From Candidatus Obscuribacterales bacterium (GTDB lineage Bacteria > Cyanobacteriota > Vampirovibrionia > Obscuribacterales > Obscuribacteraceae): a stretch of 64,000 nt of DNA. Position numbers and translations under genes: made by a program. The DNA lies in the NCBI GenBank assembly GCA_965228855.1, contig CBDDIJ010000003.1, positions 1,056,001-1,120,000 on the forward strand, in the 5' to 3' direction. The notes beneath the pieces were generated by a model, which was not told where the DNA came from, did no database searches, and worked only from the letters and a program-made list of their open reading frames with translations. Below, piece by piece: positions 19,878-29,704 of this stretch. Numbering within the stretch: position 1 is the stretch's first letter; each line of letters opens with the position of its first letter.

Positions 19878-21534
19878 GGTGTTCTCCATCGCCTCCACTG
19901 CCGAATTGAAGATCCCAGAGTGGTCGTCGGCTGCGGACAACCGGAACTCGTTCGAAATTTTCCCCTATCGGTGGCGAGTCCGCCAACCATTCCAGCGTCC
20001 ATGCATTCCAGGGATTTGGTCCGGCGATTTTTCCGTGATAGAAACTCCAGACCAGGTTGTAGAGGAAGAGCAGCATTGATGCGACCAGGACAAATGACCA
20101 GCATGACGAGAAGAAGTTCAACTCCGCCCACCCGGGCATCCCTAGAGGATATGTCCAGACGCGGCGGGGCATCCCGAGGACGCCGAGGATGTGCATGACA
20201 AAGAAGGTTCCGTTGAATCCGAATACCATCAGCCAGAACTGCCACTTACCGAGGGTTTCTGACATCATGCGTCCGGTCACTTTCGGATACCAGTAATAGA
20301 CGCCACTTATGAGCGAGAAAAGCATCCCGCCCACGAGCACGTAGTGGAAGTGAGCTACGACGAAATAGCTGTCGGTAAGTTGCCAGTCGAGCGGGATTAC
20401 CGCAAATGCAACTCCACTCAAACCGCCAATTGTGAATTGAATGAGGAACGCCATCGCATGCAGCATGGCGACGGTAAAGCGAAGCTTGCCGCCCCACATT
20501 GTCGCCAACCAGGACCAGACTTTGATACCGGTAGGAACTGCAATGAGCAAGCTGGTGACCGCGAAGATGTAGAGCGGCGCAAATCCAAGACCTGCGGCGA
20601 ACATGTGGTGTACCCAGACGCCGAAGCTCAAGAATGTGATAGCCACGGTCGATGCGGCCATTACGCCTGCTCCGAAGAGCAGTTTCCGAGAGAAGACCGG
20701 AATCACCTCTGATATGGCTCCCCAGCCGGGAAGTATCAGGATGTAGACCTCAGGATGACCGAAGAACCAGAAGAAGTGCTGCCATAGAAGTGGTGAACCG
20801 CCAACGGTGGCATCGAAGAACTTCGTATTCAAAGTGCGGTCAAAAAGGATCATGACCAGCGCAGCGTTCAACGCCGGAAGCGAGAAGACGACAAGAAAGC
20901 CGTCCATTAAAATCATCCAGACGAAAAGCGGAACACGTTTCAACGTCATTCCTGGAGCTCGCATCGTCAGAATTGTGACGATCAAATTGACACCGGTTGC
21001 CACCGACCCTATACCAGTAACAAAAAGACTCAGTGCCCAGTAATTTTGTCCGTTGTTGAACAGATATCCCTTTTCGCTTAAAGGCGGATATGCAAACCAT
21101 CCTGCAGCAGGCGCGCCTCCAGAGAGGAAACTGAAGAAGAGCATAATTGCGCCGAACAAATAAACCCAGTAGCCGAATGAGTTCAGCCTGGGAAACGCCA
21201 TGTCGCGCGCCCCGATCATCAGCGGAGTTAAATAAACAGCAAATCCGAACAGCAACGGCATTCCGACGAAGAACACCATCGTGGTACCGTGCATGGTGAA
21301 TATTTGGTTGTAGACTTCCTGGCTGACGACGTGCGACATTGGAAACATCAGTTGCAGACGGATTGTCAGCCCCATAAGGGCGCCGACGACGAGAAATCCG
21401 AATGCCGACAATATATAAAGAATGCCGAGTTGTTTATGGTCAATCGACGTCAGCCAACTGAGAATGCCCTGATATTCAGGAACTTCTGCTAGCCAATTAA
21501 CTGGTTTGTGCGTATGAATAGTCCCGCCGGTCAT
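19870..21534 (-). CDS. ctaD: Cytochrome c oxidase subunit I, A1 family
   Basis: TMHG, GARDMAFPRLN (D-channel), WFFGHPEVY, VWVHHM, PTGIK (K-channel), VAHFHY, GMPRR. Confidence 0.97.
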   Translation of the reverse strand: MTGGTIHTHKPVNWLAEVPEYQGILSWLTSIDHKQLGILYILSAFGFLVVGALMGLTIRLQLMFPMSHVVSQEVYNQIFTMHGTTMVFFVGMPLLFGFAVYLTPLMIGARDMAFPRLNSFGYWVYLFGAIMLFFSFLSGGAPAAGWFAYPPLSEKGYLFNNGQNYWALSLFVTGIGSVATGVNLIVTILTMRAPGMTLKRVPLFVWMILMDGFLVVFSLPALNAALVMILFDRTLNTKFFDATVGGSPLLWQHFFWFFGHPEVYILILPGWGAISEVIPVFSRKLLFGAGVMAASTVAITFLSFGVWVHHMFAAGLGFAPLYIFAVTSLLIAVPTGIKVWSWLATMWGGKLRFTVAMLHAMAFLIQFTIGGLSGVAFAVIPLDWQLTDSYFVVAHFHYVLVGGMLFSLISGVYYWYPKVTGRMMSETLGKWQFWLMVFGFNGTFFVMHILGVLGMPRRVWTYPLGMPGWAELNFFSSCWSFVLVASMLLFLYNLVWSFYHGKIAGPNPWNAWTLEWLADSPPIGENFERVPVVRSRRPLWDLQFGSGGDGEHHA

Positions 21535-22487
21535 TTCAAGCTCTCCAGATAAACAGCGATGTCCTGCGCTTCTTCGTCGGTCAAGCGCATTTTGGGCATG
21601 TTCACACCCGGTTTAAAAGTCTGCGGATTCTGCATCCACTTTTTCAGGTTTTCAGTATTGTTGGCCAGGACTCCCGTTCCCAGCGTTTCGCGCTGAGCGA
21701 TGTGGGTGAGGTCAGGACCGATCAGTGCCTGCGCATCCTCGTTGCCTGCGACTCGGTGGCACTCGACACATGTTGCAGAGTTGAAAAGCTCTTTGCCTCG
21801 TACAGCTGCCGGGTCGGTTGGCTGTTCCGGAACGGCTCGTTGCTTTTCAATCCAGGTGTCGAACTCCTCTTGTGGAACCACGTTGGCGATGATTCGCATC
21901 AAACCGTGCTGGGCGCCGCAATATTCGGAGCAGGTGCCGAGGAATTTCCCTGTCTTTATAGGATGCACCCACATGTTTGTCGGGTGACCAGGAATGGCGT
22001 CCATCTTCTGTCCAAAGGCGATCACCCAGAATGAGTGAACCACATCGGCGGAGCGAAATTCGAACAGAGTATTTTTGCCAACTGGCAGGTAAAACTCATT
22101 AGCGGTGGTGACGCCTAGTTTCGGGTAGCGATACTCCCACCACCACTGGTGTCCAATTACTACTACATCGGGTTGTTTATTTCCGACTGGTGGATTGACC
22201 ACGAGCATAACGATGGCGGTGAGGACACCAAGGACGGTGACAATTAGTAAAGGAATAGCGGTCCAGATGATTTCGAGCTTGATGTTGCCTTGAATCTGTC
22301 TAGGTTCGCTGCCGTCGTCGTTTTCAGGAGTTCTAAACTTAGCGATTACTGCGATCAGCAGCCCGGTCACGACGAAGGCGATTAAGACGCAAATTGCCAG
22401 CGTGAACCAGTGCAAATCGACCAGATGCCTGTTTTGCAGACTCGCGACGTTGAAGATGCTTGTAAAATCGGCGTTTTTTATGTCCAT
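21531..22487 (-). CDS. ctaC: Cytochrome c oxidase subunit II with fused cytochrome c (caa3 type)
   Basis: LEIIWT, GHQWWWEY, CuA ligands DVVHSF..CSEYCGAQHGLM, CVECH..MPKM. Start reassigned to MDIK. Confidence 0.95.
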   Translation of the reverse strand: MDIKNADFTSIFNVASLQNRHLVDLHWFTLAICVLIAFVVTGLLIAVIAKFRTPENDDGSEPRQIQGNIKLEIIWTAIPLLIVTVLGVLTAIVMLVVNPPVGNKQPDVVVIGHQWWWEYRYPKLGVTTANEFYLPVGKNTLFEFRSADVVHSFWVIAFGQKMDAIPGHPTNMWVHPIKTGKFLGTCSEYCGAQHGLMRIIANVVPQEEFDTWIEKQRAVPEQPTDPAAVRGKELFNSATCVECHRVAGNEDAQALIGPDLTHIAQRETLGTGVLANNTENLKKWMQNPQTFKPGVNMPKMRLTDEEAQDIAVYLESLK

Positions 22488-23401
22488 CCGCACACCCGAT
22501 CGATAACTACCGCAGCAAAAATAGCAGGCAAATACAGGACGCTCATCAAGAGCACCATACGAGCTGCTTTCCGCGATGGATTTCTTCTCCACTGCACGGA
22601 AGTGACAACAAGTGTTAGCCCGCCTACAAGTGTGGCGATTCCGTATGAAGGACCAGCAATCGAATTGCCGGTCCAATAAAGCATCGCCGATAGTGGCAAC
22701 AGTATTACGGCCGTTGCAATTGTTAATGCATGGGTTCTGTCGGAGCTTTCATCGATTGTCGTCAACATTTGAAATCCGGCAGATCTGTAATCTTCTTTAT
22801 AGATCCAGGCGATAGGCAGAAAGTGAGTGTGCTGCCAGATGAACAACATGGCAAACAAAAGCCACCCTCCCGGCGCCACCTCTCCTGCCGCAGCCGCCCA
22901 GCCGATTAGCGGCGGAATTGCTCCGGGAACAGCGCCGATCGTCGTATTAAGCCATGTCCAGCGTTTCGCCGGAGTGTACATGCCCAGGTAGATAGCCACC
23001 GCCGATAACCCGAGGGCGGTACACGTCAGGTTGCTAAACTCGAAAAGAATCAATGCGCCGGAAACGATCAACGACAATCCATATATCAGCGCCGCAGTAG
23101 GTGATATCACCCCTGCAGGTATAGGTCTCTGCGCTGTTCTCGGCATCATCGCATCGAGGTCGCGTTCGATATAACAGTTGATGGCGCATCCACCACTACT
23201 TAGCAATCCGGTTCCAAGCATCGCGGAGATGAACCGAACGTAATCGAAAGGGTCTTTGTATGCCAGTACATAGCCGACGGCACACGATATGACGACCATG
23301 AATGCGATTCGCGTTCTCGCGAGGTCTACCAATGCCGATGCGGCATCGAGAATGCGTTTGTTTCGCAGAAGTTGATTATCTTGGGATTCCGTTATTCGCA
23401 T
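22478..23401 (-). CDS. ctaB: Protoheme IX farnesyltransferase (heme O synthase)
   Basis: NCYIERDLDAMMPRTAQRPIP, YTPAKR, GAVPGAIPPLIGW, WQHTHF. Confidence 0.95.
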   Translation of the reverse strand: MRITESQDNQLLRNKRILDAASALVDLARTRIAFMVVISCAVGYVLAYKDPFDYVRFISAMLGTGLLSSGGCAINCYIERDLDAMMPRTAQRPIPAGVISPTAALIYGLSLIVSGALILFEFSNLTCTALGLSAVAIYLGMYTPAKRWTWLNTTIGAVPGAIPPLIGWAAAAGEVAPGGWLLFAMLFIWQHTHFLPIAWIYKEDYRSAGFQMLTTIDESSDRTHALTIATAVILLPLSAMLYWTGNSIAGPSYGIATLVGGLTLVVTSVQWRRNPSRKAARMVLLMSVLYLPAIFAAVVIDRVCGWT

Positions 23402-23719
23402 AACGCAAGCAATTTTGACACAGTTGCGATTGCGTCACTTCTTTTGCAATGTGTTCGTTACATGCACTTTCTTCAAGCGTCCATCCCTGAGGGCTGAAAC
23501 TGCCCGCGCGGCGAGCCGATTCGCCGCATCTGCGGTCAGGTATTAAACTGCCTCTAATTAAGAAGGGCACAATAACGCTGAGGTAATTCCTTTACAGAAC
23601 GCAATGAGCAATATCATGTGATTAGCATCGCCTTCGTTCTATAACCGTCCTCATCAGGGTTTTAACACCACGTCGTCCGATGGTCTCTCTTAACCATTTC
23701 GATGAGCATCGCTTTCGTT

Positions 23720-26700
23720 TCAACGTCCATCGCGATCTTCAAGCGTGAATAATTGATAGTCGCCTGAACGCAGCTCGTGCACCTCGTCTTTGTAACCGAT
23801 CTTAATTGGCATGGCGCTTGAATGACGAGCGTGGACTTTCATTTTGTCCTGAAAGATATCGAATCCAATCGATTGACCTCGATAATGCAGAGAAAACGAT
23901 AGGCGCACCAGTGCTGGTGGCAACTTCGGGTCGAGCCAGAGTACATCGTCACGGGTCTCCAAACCGGTGTAACATCTCTGCGCAATGTCAACTGTACCAG
24001 CCATAGCCCCCATGTGAATTCCAGTCTTGGCGGTGCCTCTGGCTGCGACATCATAATAGTCACTACCGAGCGCTTCGTAGAAAACTTCATGCTCAGCACG
24101 CCTGTGCAGTTCCTGACACTCCTTGTGATTGCCGGTGCGCAACCGCTCTAAACGGCTCAAGACCCAGGAGTGAGCTACCCGACTGAGCGTCGATTCGTTT
24201 GCTGTCCTGGGCAAATAATAATCAACCAGATCGTCGAGTGCTACGCAGCTTTTTGGGTAGCCCAGATTCTCTATTAGCTTCTCGATTTCGCCGGGAGAAA
24301 AGAGAAAACCGAGCATCAAAATGTCTGCCTGCTTCGACAATTTGTAGTCGTTTAAATATCCGCGATGCATCTTGAGCTGTGCTTTCAATTCTTTGTGAAA
24401 GCTCTTGTCATGTGCTCCTTTCGGAAATTCCTTCAGATCTTCGAAGCCCTCGAACTGAGACAGTAATCCGTTCTGCATTATTGGTAGAAAGAGCTTCGTA
24501 GAGACATCTTCCCAGAGTCGAATCTCGTCGTCTTCGATTTCAAGACGGGATCTGATTTGCTTGCTGTGGTCAGAGGGCATTTCGTTGAGCAACACAAGTG
24601 CGCGGCGAATTGTCCATGACGCCAATATGTTGGTGTATGCATTATTGTTTATCCCGGCTTCTTTCGCTCCTGGATAAGCGTTGTGAAACTCATCCGGTCC
24701 GATTACACCTGTGATTTCGTAACGTTCTTTCTCCTCGTTATAACGCGCATAAGTGGCGAAGAACCGAGCAATCTCCATAAGCATTTCGGAGCCGAATGAG
24801 TACATGAACTGATGATCCAGCGTAACCTGGTAGTACTGCCAGATGTTGTAGGCGATTGCACCGTTGACGTGTATTTCACGATGCGTGTGATCCTTTATCC
24901 ACTCGTGGCGCTCCTTCATCCACCAGTAATTAGGCGTCCGCTCTTTGCCGTCACTAGCACTCTGCCAGGGGAAGCATGCGCCTCTGGCGCCGTATTTCAG
25001 TGCGATCTTTCGAGCTTCGGGCAGGCGGCGATACCTGTATTTAAGCAAAGCGGCGCTGATATCAGGCATGCGCAGATTGATAAACGGAAAGACAAACAGA
25101 TCATCCCAGAATATGTGCCCCTGGTATCCTTCACCGGTCCAGCCTCTCGCCGGTATGCCCGTGTCCAGGTCCACCGTGTGCGATGAGGCAGTTTGAAGGC
25201 AATGAAAACTGTTTAAGTGCAAGAGTAGAGAGGGAATCAATTTCGAGTGCTCTTCCGACGCCTCTAAAAAGAGATCGAACTGCTGCCAGAGCGAGCGCCA
25301 GGTATCAATCTGACTTTCGATCAAGTCGTCGAAAGATGGCGCGTCATCTACTTCTTCACGGGTGGCACTTCCAGGTTCGTAAATGCCATTGTCACGTGAG
25401 GTGTAGACCGCGCAAATTTTTTGAATAGAGATACTCTCGCCTTGAGTGAAATCCAAGGTGATTTCGGATATGGCGCGTTCATCCTCGCAGCGTCCTTTCC
25501 ACCTGACGTTGGGGTGCGAGGGAATTGATGTCCTCGTTGCTAAAGCGACAATCAGACCAGAATCGCTCGTTGTCACTTTGAGAAACAGCTCGTTGTCTTG
25601 TGCGTCACATTCAACTACTTTCAAGTGTTTTGTGTGCTTGTAATTGGGATCAACTGAGTCACCACTATTGGTGACACTTCCGTCTATTTCTGTCTTTACT
25701 CTGAGCTTGCCGGACCAGTTTCTAGCTTCTATTTCAATTTCTTGACCAGCCAGATGGCTGAAATGCATATGAACGAAGCGCCGCTCTCGGAGAGTTGTCT
25801 CGTGACCTTCTTTGTCTTTGAATTTAACTTCTCGGTACAAAATGCCCTGCTGCAGATTTAGCTTTTGTGAGAAGTCTTCTATTTCAACCTCGTCGATTGA
25901 AAACCAGTCTCCATCATCTATCGAGAATGTGAGAGGGAGCCAGTTAGGCATATTGACCAGTTCCTCCCGGTCAAACTCTTCGCTACTGGGGCCAAGTCTA
26001 CTAGAATTGTATGCACCCGCAATGTACGTTCCAGGATAGTGCACATCATCTGCCACCGCATCCGATGCTGCGCCCCTGGTGAAGAAGTATCCGTTGCCGA
26101 GAGCGCAAAGCGATTCTCGCTTCATCTCCGTTTGAGGATCATACCTATTGTACGAAACGATCCAGTTAGCTTTAGTCACATCAAGATCGGACATAGCCAT
26201 CTGTGGCAATTCGTTTTTGCCGCAATTAGAAAGGTCGCTCAACTCTGGCAGAACTTCGGCAAGGTCTCTGACTACGATATCCGCGCCGTGCTCCGCTAGA
26301 GCCTTACCGTTACCGGAGCGAGCTACTCCGATAACCATTCCGAATCCGCCCTTCTTTCCAGATTCGACTCCGGCTTCGGCGTCTTCAACTACGATCGCTC
26401 GATCCGGTTTAACACCGAGCTGCTCGGCGGCTTTTAGAAAAGTATCGGGAGCAGGCTTTCCTTTGAGGTGCAGTTTAGCTGTTTCCACGCCAGTCACGTA
26501 GGTATCGAATAAGCTACTCAGCTTGGTCACTTTCAAAATTTCGACGCCATTTTTGCTTGCGGTAACCAGCGCAGTCTTTATATTCGCTTTGCGTAATTGA
26601 TTGATAAAGGCGACTGTCGTTTCATAAGGCTCGACGCCCTTTTCATGAATCAACTCGAGGAAACGCTGATTCTTTTTCTTTGCCACGCTCTCTACCGATT

Positions 26701-26974
26701 CATCGCCCTCCTCCGGGAGAAGAATTTTTCTTGAAGAGAGGAAGTCCCTTACTCCGTCTTCTCTCGGTTTTCCGTCGACATAAGTTAGATAGTCTTGCTG
26801 AGTAAAAGGTTTTTCTCCAGTTTTGTATTTCTCAAGAAATTCATCAAAGGTTTGCTTCCATGCGCGGAAATGAACGGCTGCGGTTCTTGTCACGACACCA
26901 TCCATGTCGAACAACACAGCATCAAATTTTTCCGGACTGATTTGTTGCGGAGTTACCTTACTAATCTGTTCCAA
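23720..26974 (-). CDS. Beta-phosphoglucomutase-like HAD hydrolase fused to GH65 (trehalose/maltose phosphorylase-like)
   Basis: FDMDGVV, KGKPAPD, VVEDA; RESLCALGNGY, YQGHIFWD, GPDEFH, KQAD. Confidence 0.92.
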   Translation of the reverse strand: MEQISKVTPQQISPEKFDAVLFDMDGVVTRTAAVHFRAWKQTFDEFLEKYKTGEKPFTQQDYLTYVDGKPREDGVRDFLSSRKILLPEEGDESVESVAKKKNQRFLELIHEKGVEPYETTVAFINQLRKANIKTALVTASKNGVEILKVTKLSSLFDTYVTGVETAKLHLKGKPAPDTFLKAAEQLGVKPDRAIVVEDAEAGVESGKKGGFGMVIGVARSGNGKALAEHGADIVVRDLAEVLPELSDLSNCGKNELPQMAMSDLDVTKANWIVSYNRYDPQTEMKRESLCALGNGYFFTRGAASDAVADDVHYPGTYIAGAYNSSRLGPSSEEFDREELVNMPNWLPLTFSIDDGDWFSIDEVEIEDFSQKLNLQQGILYREVKFKDKEGHETTLRERRFVHMHFSHLAGQEIEIEARNWSGKLRVKTEIDGSVTNSGDSVDPNYKHTKHLKVVECDAQDNELFLKVTTSDSGLIVALATRTSIPSHPNVRWKGRCEDERAISEITLDFTQGESISIQKICAVYTSRDNGIYEPGSATREEVDDAPSFDDLIESQIDTWRSLWQQFDLFLEASEEHSKLIPSLLLHLNSFHCLQTASSHTVDLDTGIPARGWTGEGYQGHIFWDDLFVFPFINLRMPDISAALLKYRYRRLPEARKIALKYGARGACFPWQSASDGKERTPNYWWMKERHEWIKDHTHREIHVNGAIAYNIWQYYQVTLDHQFMYSFGSEMLMEIARFFATYARYNEEKERYEITGVIGPDEFHNAYPGAKEAGINNNAYTNILASWTIRRALVLLNEMPSDHSKQIRSRLEIEDDEIRLWEDVSTKLFLPIMQNGLLSQFEGFEDLKEFPKGAHDKSFHKELKAQLKMHRGYLNDYKLSKQADILMLGFLFSPGEIEKLIENLGYPKSCVALDDLVDYYLPRTANESTLSRVAHSWVLSRLERLRTGNHKECQELHRRAEHEVFYEALGSDYYDVAARGTAKTGIHMGAMAGTVDIAQRCYTGLETRDDVLWLDPKLPPALVRLSFSLHYRGQSIGFDIFQDKMKVHARHSSAMPIKIGYKDEVHELRSGDYQLFTLEDRDGR

Positions 26975-28371
26975 TTTCCATAATCCTCGCTGATTGGTCC
27001 TCTAGGTATCGACAGAAGAGTGACCAGTGAGCCGCAAAGCACGGCGTTTACTAAAACGATCGGATTTCCTCCTGCAAAAAATATGCCCGCGAAAACAGTT
27101 GCGATTCCGAACAGTACGTTCGCGAACCGCGCAATACGAGTGACTTCAGCAGTCGCCAGCGCCGCTGTAGTGACTATGAAGGCTCCTAATAAGTGGTCGC
27201 AGTTGGCTGCTATTTGCGTTGCCGGAAGCACGTCTGGTCTAGCCATAAGCCAGGCTCCGATAGCGATTTGTGCTGCCAGAGTGGCGGGTATGTTCACCCC
27301 TTGTACGCTCGCGATCCATCGCTGGGTCAGTGAGTATTGCAATCTATCCGGGTCTTTGCCTTCATCAGCCGAAACCGCTATCGACCCTCCATGCCAGAAG
27401 ACCTCCCAAACCGATTTGCCTTGTTTCTGCGCTAGAACTAAGAACTGACCGACGGCGACGGCTTCGTGAACTGCCAGAGGTACTGAAGTCAACAGAAACG
27501 CTGCTGCAACCAGGCACAGACCGCACCACGCGCCGACAAACATTGGTTGAGTGATGACGAGAACAATACTGGTTATGCCCAGTGGTAAAACGAGAAGCGC
27601 AAAAAATGCCACTGTCCACGGTGCTGTTCTCCACCGGGCTCGGCCTCCCATGCAACCTGCCATCACTTCCATCACGTACGCCACTGCACCGAAGCCTGCG
27701 TCGGAAATGGGGAACGAGCGCGAAATGTCAGAGGTCAGGACTCGCTCGGTTCCGTTACCGAAAAACGGATCCCATATGGTGTTCGTGTAACCAAGTTGAT
27801 GCGCTGCAAGGTATCTGGAGATCAAGAAACCTGCGAGTGCCAGTGCTACACCAAGCCATCGACGTATCCAGGATGAAGGGTTGTATGACCATCCAGGAGG
27901 AATATCGCGTCCGTCCATCTCAATTCCAGCTTGACCTGGCAGCCCCGGAATCAATAGTGCGAATGTGATTATCAATGTTCCTACGAGCGTGTCTTGCAGA
28001 TAGACTGCCGGTGTAGGAGACCAGAACAACAGGGGCGCTAGCAGAAGCCAGAAAGCAGCCGAAAGGGTTCCTAGCCTGAACCAATGTCTTCTCGGCGAAA
28101 ATGCAAGAAATTCGGAAAGCAGAATAACTGCACCACAAATGGTATCACTGATCTGGAGAGCGGAACTTCTGTAATCCATCAGGAATGGACTAGTTATAAT
28201 CCAGATGGCCAGAACCACGTTTATACCGTAAGTCCATAGCGTTCGGTATTGATGATCTATGCGAAGTGCCTCAAGGCTCGCGCTGTCCGAGTAGATTTCG
28301 ACGAATGCATCAACCCGCGGATGGTTGTTAACCGCGGGCTGTACTTTCGACGCTGTTCTTCCAGACGCCAT
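26953..28371 (-). CDS. SPW-repeat / vitamin K epoxide reductase (VKOR) family membrane protein
   Basis: WIITSPF and WLLLAP repeats, PPGWSYNPSSW, VLTS..S..FPISDAGFG, WCGLC redox motif. Confidence 0.85.
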   Translation of the reverse strand: MASGRTASKVQPAVNNHPRVDAFVEIYSDSASLEALRIDHQYRTLWTYGINVVLAIWIITSPFLMDYRSSALQISDTICGAVILLSEFLAFSPRRHWFRLGTLSAAFWLLLAPLLFWSPTPAVYLQDTLVGTLIITFALLIPGLPGQAGIEMDGRDIPPGWSYNPSSWIRRWLGVALALAGFLISRYLAAHQLGYTNTIWDPFFGNGTERVLTSDISRSFPISDAGFGAVAYVMEVMAGCMGGRARWRTAPWTVAFFALLVLPLGITSIVLVITQPMFVGAWCGLCLVAAAFLLTSVPLAVHEAVAVGQFLVLAQKQGKSVWEVFWHGGSIAVSADEGKDPDRLQYSLTQRWIASVQGVNIPATLAAQIAIGAWLMARPDVLPATQIAANCDHLLGAFIVTTAALATAEVTRIARFANVLFGIATVFAGIFFAGGNPIVLVNAVLCGSLVTLLSIPRGPISEDYGNWNRLVR

Positions 28372-28376
28372 TTACG

Positions 28377-29579
28377 TCAAGCCACCCTGTTCTTCTTATT
28401 CGACTCCGCGTCGGTGTTCTGCGGTTGCGTCTCCCTCTCCCACTCACTGTGGTTTCTGCTAGTTCCATTTAAGTGCAGATTTTGCGATCCGCCATCAGCC
28501 ACTTCTTCGTTATGAGGGTTCTGGGGCACAGGCTTCAATTTATTCAACTCGTACCATTTTTCCGGATCGACCTTCAGTCCTTCGAGCATGAGTGGCAACG
28601 TTTCACGCAATGAATGCTTAGCTTTCCATCCGAGAACCCGTTCAGCTCTGGTACTGTCCATCTCGTAATTGTCGCTGGCTCGGTCGATCATCCACGGTCT
28701 GATGAACGGTTTTTCCGGCAGGGGAAGTTGCTGCTCGACCCACGCGCCAGCTTTTGCAATTGGTTTTGGCACTTCAATCGTCTTCCATGGCTCATTGAAG
28801 AGCACGTTTGCGACCTCTGTCTGAATGTCTTGGTAGCTCATCGTGTTGGCTTCGCTGATGTTGAATACCGAGTACGGCGGCAGCTTATCGGCGTTACGAA
28901 TACAAGCATCAAATGCATCGACTACGTCCTCGAGGTGTACAAAAGATTGTTTGACGTGGATGTCACCGGAGTACATGTGACCCTCAATACTTCGTTCATA
29001 TATTCGCTGTATCTGGTGAGCCAGGGGAATTGATTGACAGATGTTTGAGTAGACTCCTGCAATGCGCAGCACCACTACTGGTATCTTTCCATGTTTTTCT
29101 TGCAGCAACTTTTCGGTATCGACTTTCGATTGCGGATAAGCCCATGTCCCGCCCAACTCCGAATCTTCTGTAAGTCGTCGACCTTTATCGTTTGGTTTAT
29201 ATGCCAGCATTGAACTGCTGAAGATAAACTGCTTCACCTCAAAGTTTTCCAGCTCACGCAGCATGCGCTCCGTCCCTTTTAGAGTCAAGTCCTTGTACAT
29301 ATGACTGTTTTCGCCGTCAAATGAATAGTAGGCTGCGAGGTGGAATACGGCTTTGATGCGCGACCCGTAGCGTGATTCGACTAGAAACATCGTTTTTTGA
29401 ACGGATTCGTCGGAGGTCAGGTCGCAAAAGATAGTTTCGGTGTTCGGCGGCGGATAAGGTGGTCCTTCCCTGTCGAATCCCAGGACCGTATGGTCTTGTT
29501 CTCCGAAATGATGCGACAGCGCGTGACCGAGGAGTCCACTGCTACCTGTGATGATGATACATTCCCGCTCTGTCGACAT
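28377..29579 (-). CDS. NAD-dependent epimerase/dehydratase (extended SDR)
   Basis: ITGSSGLLG, HLAAYY, FSSS, YPQSK. ATG 29579 follows GGAGGAGG. Confidence 0.9.
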   Translation of the reverse strand: MSTERECIIITGSSGLLGHALSHHFGEQDHTVLGFDREGPPYPPPNTETIFCDLTSDESVQKTMFLVESRYGSRIKAVFHLAAYYSFDGENSHMYKDLTLKGTERMLRELENFEVKQFIFSSSMLAYKPNDKGRRLTEDSELGGTWAYPQSKVDTEKLLQEKHGKIPVVVLRIAGVYSNICQSIPLAHQIQRIYERSIEGHMYSGDIHVKQSFVHLEDVVDAFDACIRNADKLPPYSVFNISEANTMSYQDIQTEVANVLFNEPWKTIEVPKPIAKAGAWVEQQLPLPEKPFIRPWMIDRASDNYEMDSTRAERVLGWKAKHSLRETLPLMLEGLKVDPEKWYELNKLKPVPQNPHNEEVADGGSQNLHLNGTSRNHSEWERETQPQNTDAESNKKNRVA

Positions 29580-29704
29580 AACGCCCTCCTCCGTTTTTTT
29601 TGCCGAGACGGAGCTGAATGGTAAGAGTTCCAACTTTCGAGACTCGATCACCCATTCCACACATTTGTATAATGCTGTCATTGCGCAAGAGCCGCTGCTT
29701 GACT

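Noticed and set aside
23617..23632. CRP/FNR-like site TGTGA-N6-TCGCC upstream of the oxidase operon
   Set aside because: Only one good half-site; expected by chance.
28371..28379. Stop-codon read-through joining epimerase and VKOR
   Set aside because: The two ORFs are in different frames and the second has its own ATG.
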